A stretch of 64,000 bases of DNA. Source: Botryllus schlosseri (taxonomy: Eukaryota). A program made the translations under genes and the position numbers. The stretch is taken from NCBI GenBank assembly GCA_051294905.1, contig CM119371.1, positions 14,634,001 to 14,698,000 on the forward strand. Direction: 5' to 3'. Shown one piece after another: positions 1 to 12,847 of this stretch (the stretch's first letter is position 1; each line of letters opens with the position of its first letter). The notes under the pieces were generated by a model. That model ran no database searches. It had not been told where the DNA came from and saw nothing but the letters and a program-made list of their open reading frames with translations.

Positions 1-895
1 CGGGTCGCGGGCCACTTTTCAAATTTCGTAGAGGCCGCGGGCCGCATGAATTCGATATCAATGTAAAATAGGAAACCACATTCTAAAACTACGTCAGTAC
101 AACGGTGAGCTACCTAACATAGGCGATGGGCATATTTGACCACATAAGAAGGAATACAAATACAACAAAAAATCATTATCACCAATCATATTTTATTTTG
201 AACTGTGAGCTGTGCACGTTACCTGGAAACGCTTTTCGGCGACTAAGGAATCTATATATTAGTTCTAGCGAGAAACGTTACTAGCTGAAAGAATATCGCC
301 ACGTAAAGCTTGATCTGGTGGGGAAGCCCTAAGCCAGTGGTCCTCAAACTTTTTTAGTGAAAAATCGTCCTATCCCAAAATGCAACCAGAATGCTAGCTA
401 TCCCAACGTTTGATGGCATGGAAGGTCATTCATGGATGTTGATAACATAATTCTATAAGATGATTTCCGGACCAAACACTAGCAATAACTATGAAATAGA
501 TGCAAAAAAATTTTCAATTGAGCGCATCTCCGCCTCCCCTTCAGATGCTGTCGCGCCCCCCAGTTTGGGAACCACTGCCCTAAGCCGTTTTCTATGCGTC
601 TCGGTCTTGGCAGACTTTAGGCCGTTGCAAATCAAGACAATATCGCCATTCACATCAGCTGATTCCCCCTCGATGGAATGCTGTTGACATCACCACAGCC
701 GTTTTAGCTATAATGACAAATAGTGATGTTGGGCACAAGACAATAGCTTATTTTGAAATAACAACAACATGTTGAAACTGTATAGTTAATTTCACCATTT
801 CAAATTGGTTTTCCTATCTCAAATCAGGTCGCGGGCCGCAGAATACGACTTGGCGGGCCGCATGCGGCCCGCGGGCCGCGTGTTGGTGACCCCTG
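1..895. mobile_element. Non-autonomous hAT (Buster-like) element, left end cut by the window edge
   Basis: Right end ...gcggcccgcgggccgcgtgttggtgacccctg. The left part matches the element start at 18196 (caggtgtcgccaactgaaaacgggtcgcgggcc). The minus strand carries a degenerate transposase C-terminus (IDSLVAEKRFQV). Confidence 0.7.
335..577. mobile_element. hAT MITE nested in the 1-895 element
   Basis: TIRs cagtggtcctcaaact / agtttgggaaccactg; perfect 8-bp TSD ccctaagc (327-334, 578-585). Confidence 0.85.
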
Positions 896-2942
896 ACGTA
901 GGGTAACATATGTGTACCGCCATGTGATAGCCCTTCATACAATCGATCAATTAATGCACAAGTTTTGAGGGGAATCATACGCTGACTAATATTGGTAATA
1001 TTTCAATTTATGCTATACTATGAGCCGTTACTTTGATGTCAGTAAAATTGTGTAGAAATTTATTCTTCACAGAGAAGACCTGTAAAGGTCTATGACCAGC
1101 AGAACTCGAGATATATCAATGTCTGACGGGTATTCATCCATGCGTTTCACGCTAGTCTACAAGAACTCTCTTTTCTCGATTTCAGAAGCGGCCTTGGGCG
1201 GCTTCAGACACAACTAATATCCCCTATTTTAGCAATGGTATACAGAAATCGAATATGACTATTCATAGAAACGAACAACGACCGTCTATTATACTTTGTG
1301 GCATATGCAGAGGTCAATCAGACCCGCGAGAAGGCTACCTTGGAGCCGCATGTCCCTCTTCAGAATGGATATTGAAGATGGAAGATCTAGTCGCAGGGCA
1401 ACCTTGGCCAAATTATAGCAGTGGTTCTTATTCTTTCTATGTCACACGCATGGTCTCTTCAGCTCGAATATGAACGGAAGTTAGATAACATGGAAACATG
1501 GAAGCGTAGAAATTTCGATGATACAATGACCCCTTTCGTAGCCCTGATTAAGCCAGTGGCCTCACTGCCCGCATTCTTATTAGCTGGGAATATATATTCA
1601 AATACCGCAGTGTTACTGGGTTAGAATGAAATCACAATATCCGGGAATTGGGTAAAGCGAGTAAGACGAGAAATCATCATTATCAGAAAAGTATCATGGT
1701 ATGCCTCATGATAAGGGTTGCGCCACTAAGCATTAGTGCTGCTGCTGATTGTGAATTTTAGCTTTTGTGGTGAATAGATTCTAGAAATATTGGTAATCCT
1801 ACTCAACCTCAAACATTTGGTCGTTCAACGTTAACCACCATAATCAATGTCGCGAGTAATTAACGTGGCACAATAAGATCGTTACAAAAGGGATAGAATG
1901 CAATCGAGCTATGTGAGCAGCTTGCCCTACAGGAAGCTGTAAAGCTATGCCACTTCATGCAATGCAGAGTTCCGTTTTAATGACGTAAGTGTGTACTCGC
2001 TGCTGCTCCACTGTAGTGGACTACATTGTTCCGAACTCGTAATCGCTGCGTGCGAATACTATATAGTCACCAGCCAGAAAGTGAAGCGGTCTTGCATAGA
2101 CGCAAATAAAACTCTACCTGCTACATACAATTACATCATTTGGCAGAAGTGAATTAGCTTTACCTCCGGCTGCTCGCGTGCATCAAGATAAGTCACTGCG
2201 TCGTAACATGAATTTGAACAGGATATGCAAATGACAGTAACAATATCGCACGACAGTCCGTTTCGGATCTCTGCATATCGAATTGTAAGGGGAAATGGTA
2301 GATAGATAGCGCTGCTACATTCATCCACGCGTCGTGTTAATACCGATCGAGTAACATCAGCAAATATTGACAATGGAGTTGAGGTTGCATGAGTTTAGAT
2401 CTAATCAGCATACAGACGTGAACATGCTGAACAAGGCAAGGAATTCATGGCTTATCTATTCTCATAGCAGTGACGTTTTGCTTACCGCTCGGTATCAGAT
2501 AGTTTAGCATTAGTTTCCATAATATATCTAAATGCTTGTTTGTCGATGTATATTTCGAATATAGTCGGGATATTTGTTGGTAATATTTTTCAGGGTATAG
2601 TTCGGAAACTCATGCTTTGCGTTGATTGTATGGGTACCACTCATGACGTCATGAACAGTGTAGATTTCAAAGTTTCAATATCTATTGCGTAGATTCTATT
2701 GCAATAAAGGAAACCAGAGAGTGTCGTGCGGCGAGGTTAATGATCGAGGACGCAGATTACATTTTAGAATCAGATTCGCGAGTATATTATACCCATAAGG
2801 TAACCTATTCTGTTACCAGCTTGTATATTGAGACATTTGCACGCTCCGCGACCAGGTTGCCTTAGAAGGTACCACGTATCCACTACCAGACACATTCATT
2901 GTAAAGACTTCTCATTTATTTACCATAACCATGGTATAGCGC

Positions 2943-3828
2943 CAGTGACGTGCGGTGACGTTCATATGGTTTTTGATGCACTGAAACTTTAGAGCAGTGA
3001 TTCCCAACCGCGACTTTCTAGCCTTCTTGCAGCTCTGATGAACCTCTGAATTTGCCACAAAAATATAATAGACAGTTCTTGTTTGTTTCTAACTATAATT
3101 ATAGTCAATTTCTGTATATCAATGCTAAAATAGGGGATAATTGTTCTGTCAAAAGCCGCCCAAGGCCGCTTTTGAAAACGGGGAATGAGAATTCGTGCAG
3201 CCTGGCGTCCAGACATCAAAGTAACGGCTCATAGTCTAGTATAAATTGCAATATTATCAGCGTATAATTCCACTCAAACGTGTACATTTAAGTGCGGGGA
3301 AGTATGAAGAACTATCATTTCATATTTATCATATCATTTTAAGTTTATTTCAATGTATAGCACTTGCCAATCTGTGTCTATCAATGCTAAAATCACCGAT
3401 ATAGAATCTATAAAAGTCTATGTACAATGTGCATATTGTGCATGCTTGGCATTCCTTGGCAATTTTGATGGCGCTCTGGTGCTCTAGCAATATTTAGATT
3501 TAGATTTTCGGAATCAGTGCGACCATAGCGTTCGATGAACACCAGTTGTTTTAAATTCTGATATTTTTATCATAGATTGCGCTATCAGAGCTGAGGCGTT
3601 ATCCGTCTCTGCCTCACCTCTTATTTCGTGCTATATCTTTTAACAATAAGTATGCAAATTCCGTGATTTTAAGCGTGAACATGTTTAAATTTATGCATTC
3701 ATGAACATCGACAGAAGATACCCATGATTAATTATGTTATAGTCATTTAAGGTTACTCAATTTTCTTTTACTTATCGAGACGGCAGGTGAGGCACTGCCT
3801 CCCTGGCCCTCCTGACCGCACGTCACTG
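2943..3828. mobile_element. hAT (Tip100-like) non-autonomous element
   Basis: Perfect 14-bp TIR cagtgacgtgcggt / accgcacgtcactg. No clean 8-bp TSD, but flanked by ~50-bp diverged direct repeats. Confidence 0.7.
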
Positions 3829-4807
3829 ACACCAGATACATTTATTGTAAATATTTCGCATTTATTGACCATAACCACAACATGGTGCTTAGTTACATAG
3901 TGCATAGTTCCAATATCTTACAGGTAGATAATATTACAATAATAGATACCGGGTAGCCTACATCCATTGTAAATAATACACAGGTATTTACCACAACCAC
4001 AACATGATACTGGTTAGTGACAAAGCTCACTCGCCACTTCCGAAAATACATTTCCCTGATCGAAAGCACGTGTAGCATTTCGCTAAGCATATATGATCGA
4101 CAAATATTGCTAGGCACCCATGTTGCAATAAATTTTGGATACTCAGTGGCATGGGAAGTGTAATTTCGGCGCTCAAAACGTTCTAATCGAATCATTGTAA
4201 TCAATAGTCGATCAGGTCAACAAAATCGCTGTACCCAGTTCTATACTTGATAGCTTTCGACCGACTCCGATGATGAGTAAATTATTCCTTTGAGATGGGA
4301 ATTTTATCCTCTGCAGCTACAACTCCATCCATTAGAGTAAGAGGGGAATACGTGAACTTTGTCCCTCGGGCGTTTATCGAGCGTATACTCGATGATTAGG
4401 TGAACTTTGTTAAAGATAGTATCAGAGAGTTTGAGTTGCAATCTCTTCATCCTGATATATCACTGATAGCAAGGTCATGCCATTAGTTATGTTAGGTCAT
4501 CAGTTATTAGCTAATAAATTTGTGATTATCATCTGGTGCATACCAGGGAAATTTCCAGTTTTCGTGAAATGATTCCCACCATCAATCGGACGAACTATAC
4601 AGCATTAGGTGGTCTTTCCAATTTCCAACCCGGGTAATCCCAAACCAGTAACTCGTTTTACGCAGTTTCTCGCTGCCTGGAACCAGGGCGTTGAATCATT
4701 AAACATCCGGGGTTTTCCGAGTTATTTTGTAGCACACTATACTTACTAATCATTGCTTGCTACTAACTCATAATACTCCCAAAAATGTATGAATTGATTG
4801 CATAAGC

Positions 4808-5122
4808 CAGTGGTTCCCAACCTTTTTCGACTCATTGCCCCTTTGTCAATCTCGACGCAGATATGATCGCTCCTGAATTTACTGAAAAGGACATTTTTTT
4901 CGAGGTAGTAGGTTATCGGGAAAACGGTTTCTGCGTTTACCTTCCGTTGAGTTGACCTTTTTTCGAATGATATGAAGGATAAGTCGTCTTCACGTGCATT
5001 TTTGACCGCGGTAAATATATCTCATTGGACGTTCTAACGTTTTCTCCCCCAATCACCCCCAGCCACCCCGTTGGTATTTTCTCCCCCTTATTTCTAAAAA
5101 TCGCCCACGTTTGGAACCACTG
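4808..5122. mobile_element. hAT (Buster-like) MITE
   Basis: TIRs cagtggttcccaac / gtttggaaccactg; TSD gcataagc/acataagc (7/8). Confidence 0.8.
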
Positions 5123-5167
5123 ACATAAGCGAAAGTTCCGTCTGTGATGGTGGTGGTGCGGTGGAGA

Positions 5168-5450
5168 GTTTGTTGGTTTTGAGGTATTAATGGTGTTTGT
5201 CACCTACTATGGTCATTAACACCAGGTGAATTTTCTTCGTTTATATTCCGTAGCTGCCGACTTGTAGCACGGCCCACTTTTAGGGTTTCATAAGACACCT
5301 CTTCCACGGACGAGATGGCGAGAAGGGGACTATAGATAAACCTCCAACACTTGGGTAGGAGTTTTTGAGCCGACCTCGGTCCGACTCAAACCCGCAACCC
5401 ATTGGAGCTGCAGCTGTGGATTATACATACCACTACCTTTTCCCGCCACT
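5168..5450 (-). mobile_element. tRNA-derived SINE (degenerate copy)
   Basis: Colinear similarity to 35768-36045, which has Pol III A/B boxes, and to the fragment at 18061-18195. Confidence 0.6.
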
Positions 5451-7038
5451 CGGGGAGTTTTTTTTCCTGTAATTTCTGTGATTTGTGACACAACAATCTT
5501 GGTAGCCGGCCTCTACACCTTTACAGCTCAAGTCACAGTCGTGTGTTCGGTTCCTCGTTATGAGTTTGCTGTCAGTAATTAGCAACAAACGCGGACAATC
5601 ACTGGACCTATTGGTGTTTTGTGCGTCGCTTTTGAATACAGAAAACTGTCAACAAATTAGTTGGATTTCTAGAATGTGGTTCCGCCAAAATAGGCACGGG
5701 ACAGTGTTAGGAGAAAATCCTTTCTTCCAAGTCACCGCGAATTTAGGCTCAAGTTAAGTCAAGTCATTTCATTACTTTTCCCATCAAGTCATGAGTTAAG
5801 GGACGCAAATTGTCAAAGTGACTTAAGCCCAGTAGAACCATATGAATTTTTCAGATTTCTAGTCAATTTCAAGTAATACGCAGTTGTGCAGATGCATATG
5901 TATTTTACATATAGACTATACGGCGCTGAATTAGTCAAACTTGTCATGTCAATTTACATGAATCACCGCGGTTATTTATGTAACCTGATGAGCATGTAAT
6001 CCACAGGATATGCTCCATTCACAATACCACGGGTGTGAAATTCAACGAAAGCGATGTGCATTGACTTAAATGCTGCATCATTGTTGGTACAGGCAGTGCC
6101 AAACCCATGTTTTAGAAGAAGAAAGACAATGCTTAAACATGTAGAAGAAATAGAGGAAATTACTGTCAAATAAACACTAGTTTTGATATAGTAAAGCCTC
6201 ATTGTAATGTTATAGGTCCAGTCAAGGCAGCTGGCAGTTGCTTATGTCAATACATCGATCCGAATAAAGCCATGTCATTTAGAACACATAACTTTAGTCA
6301 TCCCAACATTGACATTTAATAAGCTAAATGTTTGTTACACATATTACTTAGCGAACCCAATCATTTTATGTACGGATTCTTTGAATGGATCCACAATAAT
6401 CTATTCACCAGAAGTGTGCGACTTTCGGTTGCCAACTATAATAGCCTACAATCGCGATGAATATAAGCATTTTCTAATAATCCATGTTACTTATAGTCCG
6501 TAATATGACGCAATGACGAACAGATTAGTATCGAAACGATGTGGGGCGTGTCATCACATGTTTAAAGTTAAATTAATGGTAACTTCTTATATATGTATGA
6601 TTTTTCTTTAGATAAAATCTAGTTCGTGCTTCATACAAACTACATCGTAGCTGCAGGAGTCAACCTTGTGAAAATCGACATGAAAACATTTCTTTTGTAG
6701 TAATAGTTAGTCCAGTGGTTCCCAAAATTAACGCTGCCTCCTGATGGCGTTTGCGATCTTGAATGTGCGATAGCTTCCAATTGGGCAATTAGAGAGCGCT
6801 TAGAGTAAACGTGGGCGCTATGTACTACGGGGAACTGTTAGGAGGGATCAGTAAATTATTAGTTCTCTCTGTGCAATAAAGGCAGATATATGAATATGTG
6901 GTCGCGCCGTTAAAAGGTGCATTCAGTGGAAAATCGTCATCAACGTTATCAGCACAAGTTCATTGTTAAGCAACACTGACTTTTATAACTGACCAAACAA
7001 TTAATCAAACAACGAATAGACTAATTATTTAGTGACAC

Positions 7039-7617
7039 TATAGAAATTAAACATGGAACGGCAACGACCGATTTTGCAGCTTCGTTCCGCTTCGCTGAGG
7101 CTGGGGTGGAGAATTGTTATGGGTAAGCGACTGTAGGATTTCTAGCAATCCAAAAGCTATCTTCCCGAGCGCAGAAATTACTGAATCTGGTCTTGATCGA
7201 AAGCTACTGTTGCACCGATTCCAAAAATATAAATTAAAATATTGATCAGGCACTGATCCACCTAGAATCTGTCCTCCAAGTCTGAAATATCGGCATTGTT
7301 CAGAACAATCGGGTAACCGTATAACAATGACCCGTTGCGACTCTCCGATTGTTCGAACAATGCCGATATTTCAGACTTGGAGGACGGATTCTAGGTGGAT
7401 CAGAGCCTGATCATTATTTAAATTTCTATTTCCGGAATCGGTTCAACAGTAGCTTTCGATCAAGACCAGATTCAATAATTTCTGCGCTCGGGAAGATAGC
7501 TTTTGGATTGCCAGAAATCCTACAGTCGCTTTCGCAAAACAATTCTCTACTCCAGCCTCGGCGAAGCGGAACGAAGCTGCAAAATCGGTCGTTGCCGTTC
7601 CATGATTAATTTCTATA
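7039..7617. mobile_element. Foldback MITE with ~270-bp inverted arms (P-like, 7-bp TSD)
   Basis: Arms tatagaaattaaacatggaacggcaacgacc... / ...ggtcgttgccgttccatgattaatttctata; flanking gtgacac repeated at 7032-7038 and 7618-7624. This explains the near-identical ORFs on opposite strands. Confidence 0.85.
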
Positions 7618-10600
7618 GTGACACTTAGTGAGCGTACGATTACCTTTCAACGAACGTACAATGAGGGCGATGCAGTGTTAAACGCATATCGACTATGCAG
7701 TGATTGTTCATTGACCCGAACATCTGCGCCCTGCGGAATGCTGCTTCAGTCAAACCGTCGCTTGGTCGTAAACAAGAGAACGCAGGTTACCCCAGCATAT
7801 TTTCACTTGTATCAAGAAATCATTGCTTTACTCCGAAATCCTAATTTCCTTTCCACACCAATCACTAGTCCGTTGAACTCTCCAACGCAATAGCTCTAAG
7901 AAATGACTTGATGTTGCGAAGAAATGACCTTGTGTTTACACTGCGTGTGAAAGCCCGGTGAACTTGATGTAACTGCTACTTACGTTCTAAGACATTTATT
8001 CTGCGAACACAGATGCGAATATATACCAAATATGGCAAATATGCTAGGGTTTCCATATTTGGGAATCCGGAAAGGAGGCCAAGATGCCGAGACGCCACTC
8101 CTGGGTCTTTCCACTCAGATCTGGGATTTTCGAGAATTACATGGGTTCTTGGGTTTTTGTACTTGAAATCTGTTCTTTTTTCACATCGTGTTCGTCAGGT
8201 CAATTTTACGCACGGAAATCAATTATCAGATTAGTGAGAACAAATTTTCGTAAAATGCACGCTCTTCAGTTCGCAATTGTCGATAGATTTCGCTTTTATT
8301 GCAACGGCGGAGTCTTGAGACACTGTTTCGCTAGTAAAATGAGAGCTCTTGGCGTGATGCTATGGAACTTCATTCAATACTAACTGTCGGGTCAAAAAAG
8401 TCATGTTCATGGGGAAACTCATTGGTCTCTGAGTATATTCATTCCCAACTGAGACGCTCAGAGAGAGACAGTCGGACACCACAAGCAATTAAGTTAGTTA
8501 GAGGGGTTGGTATCAGCACATTACAGTATACCATGAATTTCATGATTTGGCAGTTTATTTTTCGACGAAACATGCCTTTCACATTATCCTAGGATTAATC
8601 AATCGAAAGCTACTTGCAAACGGTCAGGTCAGTGCATGAAAATACCTGAAAATTACTCTCAGAAATGGGGAATGGCATTCGCGGCGCGGTGATGTAATAC
8701 ATCGTTGCAGTGCTTTCCCACCTGTGGGATGGTACGCACTTGTGCGGATAAAAGAAATTGCAGTGCGGATGGAAATCGTGCAGCTTTTTACTTTCTCTGA
8801 CGTGGAATAATTCAAAGAAATTTAATATAATGCTAAGTACAGCGGCCCTTACTTTTGCCGTTGCGTCGAATTTTCAACAACTCGTACTTACGACGCACCG
8901 CAAATCGTAACTTTCACAATAATTTTGCCTCGCACCAACCGGAGTGAATGGATATTTGCGTACTATTATTATTATTACGTAATCGGAAGTCTGTTTCTAA
9001 AGTAGATGTGTAAGAAAGTACGGGTACAAAACCCACAACTTATTTGGTCGTAAAGGCATTTAGTGCAAGTGCACCAGCAGTTTATATCAAAACGAGGGAA
9101 AATAGCTTTCTCATTGATTAGACACTTGATGGCCTAATGGGGAGAACTTTGGAGCAAGAATTTTTGCCTAACTACGGCCTAAAATTCTCTGAAATATTCA
9201 ATAGCAACAACAACCTAGTCATTGATAATCTGGTAGCCTTCTAGTTGGATATTTGAATAAAAAGGTGCTAACCCCTTGCCTTTTCCTTTAGTATAATTAT
9301 GCTCGGTTGGTTTGCGCGGATGAAATGTTTGCAGAAATAAGAGTGCAGATGGGATTTGCAGTGTTAGTAGGCTATAAACTCTTGTAATGTCAATATCAAG
9401 GGCTACAATTACTCCTATTACTGTACGACTGTAATTAATGACTGTCAGTTACAAGTGTCACAGCTATCTCATAGAAATTTGAATGAAGCGTAGGATCTGG
9501 GTTTTTTGGGTTCATAGCGTCCACATCTGGGTTTTTCCGAATTATCCCAGTGGCTGGTTGTGCGGTTTTGCAATAACAAATTGCAGTCCACGAATGTTGA
9601 TTGTGTCTTTTTGATTAGGAATCAGAAATTAGGAAATGTCGTATCGAAACGACGGCGGCAATGTTCACGGAATGCCTGCGATTCGTGATTGCAACACTGC
9701 AGAGCAATACAAATGAAGTGCTATATAAAGATAGTCGAAGTAAGTGATTTATCTAATGTTGAACCGCGCTATGCAAGGTGTTGAGACTTTGAGACAATAG
9801 GTGAGAAGATGATAAGATTTAGATATCAATACTGTAGAAGACTAGTAGGCTACTAACCACAGAAAGTTACACCTTAAGTGAACAATAGGGTGACCGCCTA
9901 ATTGTGTAATCGGTGACATATCCCGACAACACTACATGGAGGTTCTGCCTAAGTATAGCTAGGTAGATATGAGAGGTCACCAAGCTTCCGTGTGCGTAAT
10001 GAAACGTAGAGAAAGTATACCCAAGATCATCGCGTTGTTAGTAATATTAATGTAGATCTGTAGTGGATGTTGCTGTGACATGTCTTGAGTGCGGTTGTGA
10101 CCTGAATGGTTGATGCATTTACGAATATTCTGCATGTTGCGGCTTTCATGTTCTTCGCGTATTTCAACGGCGAATGCGATTGCTCTACAAAATTGTTCAT
10201 GTCCCGTGAATATAACAGCATTCATGTGGCTGATTGTGTTAGGTAGGACATCATATAATATGAGCTATGTGAAACGCCGAAAGAAGGTTTTGTGCGTGCA
10301 TTATTATGTCCTCTTGTGCTCTGACTCCGGACGGTGGCTAGTGCCGTACGCGCGCTGCTGTGTATTTCTCGTCGATTGGCCGGGTTTCACTTGTGTTATT
10401 GGCCTCGTTAACTCGACGTACCACGACGTGGCTGGGCCCAGTGATTCGTCTCATCGAATCGGAATCAAGGACTAATTCTTATGCTTCGAGTCGAGAAGAG
10501 AGACATGATTATTTTGAGTTCTGAAATTATACGCTCCTTGTAGTGCGGAGCGGATCGACAAATACTCTGGTTCGACTATGATCCTGTTTTTAAAAGCTCT

Positions 10601-11210
10601 GGTCCGACACCGGTCCGACTCCTAATCCGGATTCTAGAAATGACCGTGATATGTCCCGAAAAACTCCAATAATAATATCTACCCGCAGCATGGTTTTTGA
10701 TTGAAACAATGCAAACACGAAATTAAAAACTCAACGATCAAGCCCAACCCTTATCTGACGTAATCATGCCAACTTGGACTCGGCATGTGGTTTATTTTCA
10801 TGAACGTGAAAGTTCATAATGAATATTTTTGTTAACCCTCCCCAGTACGTATTACGGTGGTTCTTAGCCGTGAGTCCGCGAACCCCTAGGGGTCAGCGAA
10901 ACCTTCAAATTTTCAATATATGGTCGATAACCTAGGGTTGCCATACGTCCGGAATTCCACTGTTAAAACTGCGTCCGAGAAGAATTTCTAAAATATGCCT
11001 AAATGTCCGGAATTTTGAAGGCTTGAAGTAAAGCTCATAATTTTTACGTAAATCAACATAATCAATAGTATTTTGGGGCAGATTTATGCTGCATGAAATT
11101 TTTCTTCGCGCTGTGCGCGATTTAGTATCGCGTAAATTGGTTTTAATATGGGACTACCACCCTCGCAAAAACTACGATCAAAAATAAATCAAAATAACAT
11201 TCATTTACAA

Positions 11211-12847
11211 CAAGGGTCGGCAACCTACGGCCCGCGGGCCGGATCCGGCCCGCCAAGCGATATCGTCCGGCCCGCGACGAAATAATTAGTTACCACAAGA
11301 ATACGGCCCGCCGTTTCGTAATGAGTTCCAATCTGTAGTGCAGCACTGCAGCACTGCTTGGTAAGAATGCGGCATTGCTACGATGTAAGTATCCTACGTC
11401 GTATTGGTCTATTGTTACGCCATAAAACTGATGCGAAGGCTGTTGATTAGTAGCCTATCTCGTACTAAAAGTAGGAGATGGAGAATGTATGTAGAGTAGA
11501 CTAGACCAGTGCTTATAAAGCGTGTGTATCGCGCAACCATAGGTATACCATACTTTTTAAGGGGTGGCCACTCTGATAGGGTGTGACATCAAAGCTGCGG
11601 TTTCTCTGCTTCAAAAACGCTTGGAACATCTCAGACGCAATGACAAAATCTCAAACTTTCCGTATTATTTGAGATAACCAGCCTCCGTAGGTTAGTCATC
11701 TGCAGTTCAATTCACCAGAAGACATTGTACGCCAAGACAACAAACCTGAATAGTGTTTTAGACACAGTGGGGAAAGCTGATTTTGTCTCACCAACTTGAT
11801 CACCGACAGTTAGCCTACCCCATATATTACTAGAAGCAGAGAATCAATATGGCGATGTCCTGTATATCTGCCATGTTCGCACATTAAGTCGAGCCGCTAT
11901 CCTTGCACGAGTGTATGAACTGAGAAACGAAATAGAAACTTTCCTTGAAAATACAAACATCGCCGACTCATAATCTTGTGATCGAAAATGAGTATCTAAT
12001 CTTGCTTTCGTAGTGCATTTAACGGCACATCTAACAAATTGAATTTGCAACTTCAGGAGGAAATAACTGAATACATCAAATGTTGACGCGCATTCGAAAC
12101 AAAACTGCGACTCTGGGAATGTCAACAGTAAAAAGAAAATTATGCTCACTTTCCTATACTGATGGAGAGTTAACCTCTAGTACCAGCACTATACCTTTGT
12201 AACTGTGATACGAAATTTAATTACTGAATTTCCATCCGCTTTTCCGACATTGGTTCTGTACAAAATAAATTCTGACTACTCAATACTCGGTTTAATGTGA
12301 GCGCCAATACCGTTGCCTGAAAATTTCAAATGGGCCCTTTTGAAATGCGATGCAGTTGAATTGAAAGACAAATTTCATACAAAGAGCATATCACTGCATG
12401 ACTTTGACAAAGAGTACGTTCTTGAAATGGGTCTTTATCCCAGCTTGACCAACAATGCAAAAGAAATGGCATCGACTTTTGATAGCACGTACGGCGTACG
12501 CATGTGAAAAATAGTTTAAAACAATGGAATTCACGAAGAGCAAGCTAAGATCACGTATTCTAATGCCCATTTAGAATGCAGTTTGATTGCTGCTTCATCT
12601 GACTTGTTATTAGAAGTTGAAGTTCTTTCACAAAGCATGCTGCGCCAAGTGTCACATTTATGCTGCGTTGTTGAAGTGTAAATACATGTGTTTTGCCCTT
12701 TTTGTGATTTGTATGATTGAGATTGCAGCAATGTAGGGTACTAAACCGACGTGAGCGTTAAATATAGTATCAAGAAAAATTCCGGCCCGCCAAAAAGTTG
12801 TGCACTCGGAATTTGGCCCGCGACTAGCAAAAGGTTGCCGACCCCTG
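11211..12847 (+). mobile_element. Buster/SPIN-type hAT transposon deletion derivative, inner layer
   Basis: TIRs caagggtcggcaacc / ggttgccgacccctg; perfect TSD atttacaa; internal transposase remnants. Confidence 0.88.
11700..12660 (+). pseudogene. Degenerate Buster/GTF2IRD2-like hAT transposase fragment
   Basis: Translated pieces IHQKTLYAKTTNLNSVLDTV, LLEAENQYGDVLYICHVRTLSRAAILARVYELRNEIETFL and LYPSLTNNAKEMASTFDSTY match the hAT HQE, VRWLS and FGSTY motifs; interrupted by stops and frameshifts. Confidence 0.8.

Noticed and set aside
1000..1450. Possible RTE-type LINE 3' remnant (RLLYF.HMQR-like); a similar hint at ~42480-42620
   Set aside because: Requires several frameshifts; too degenerate to support without a profile search.
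7047..7609. Two near-identical ORFs on opposite strands (68 and 86 aa)
   Set aside because: They are the two arms of a foldback MITE, not genes.
8045..9590. Possible old hAT element with ctgggtttt subterminal repeats
   Set aside because: Right TIR and TSD are not recognisable.
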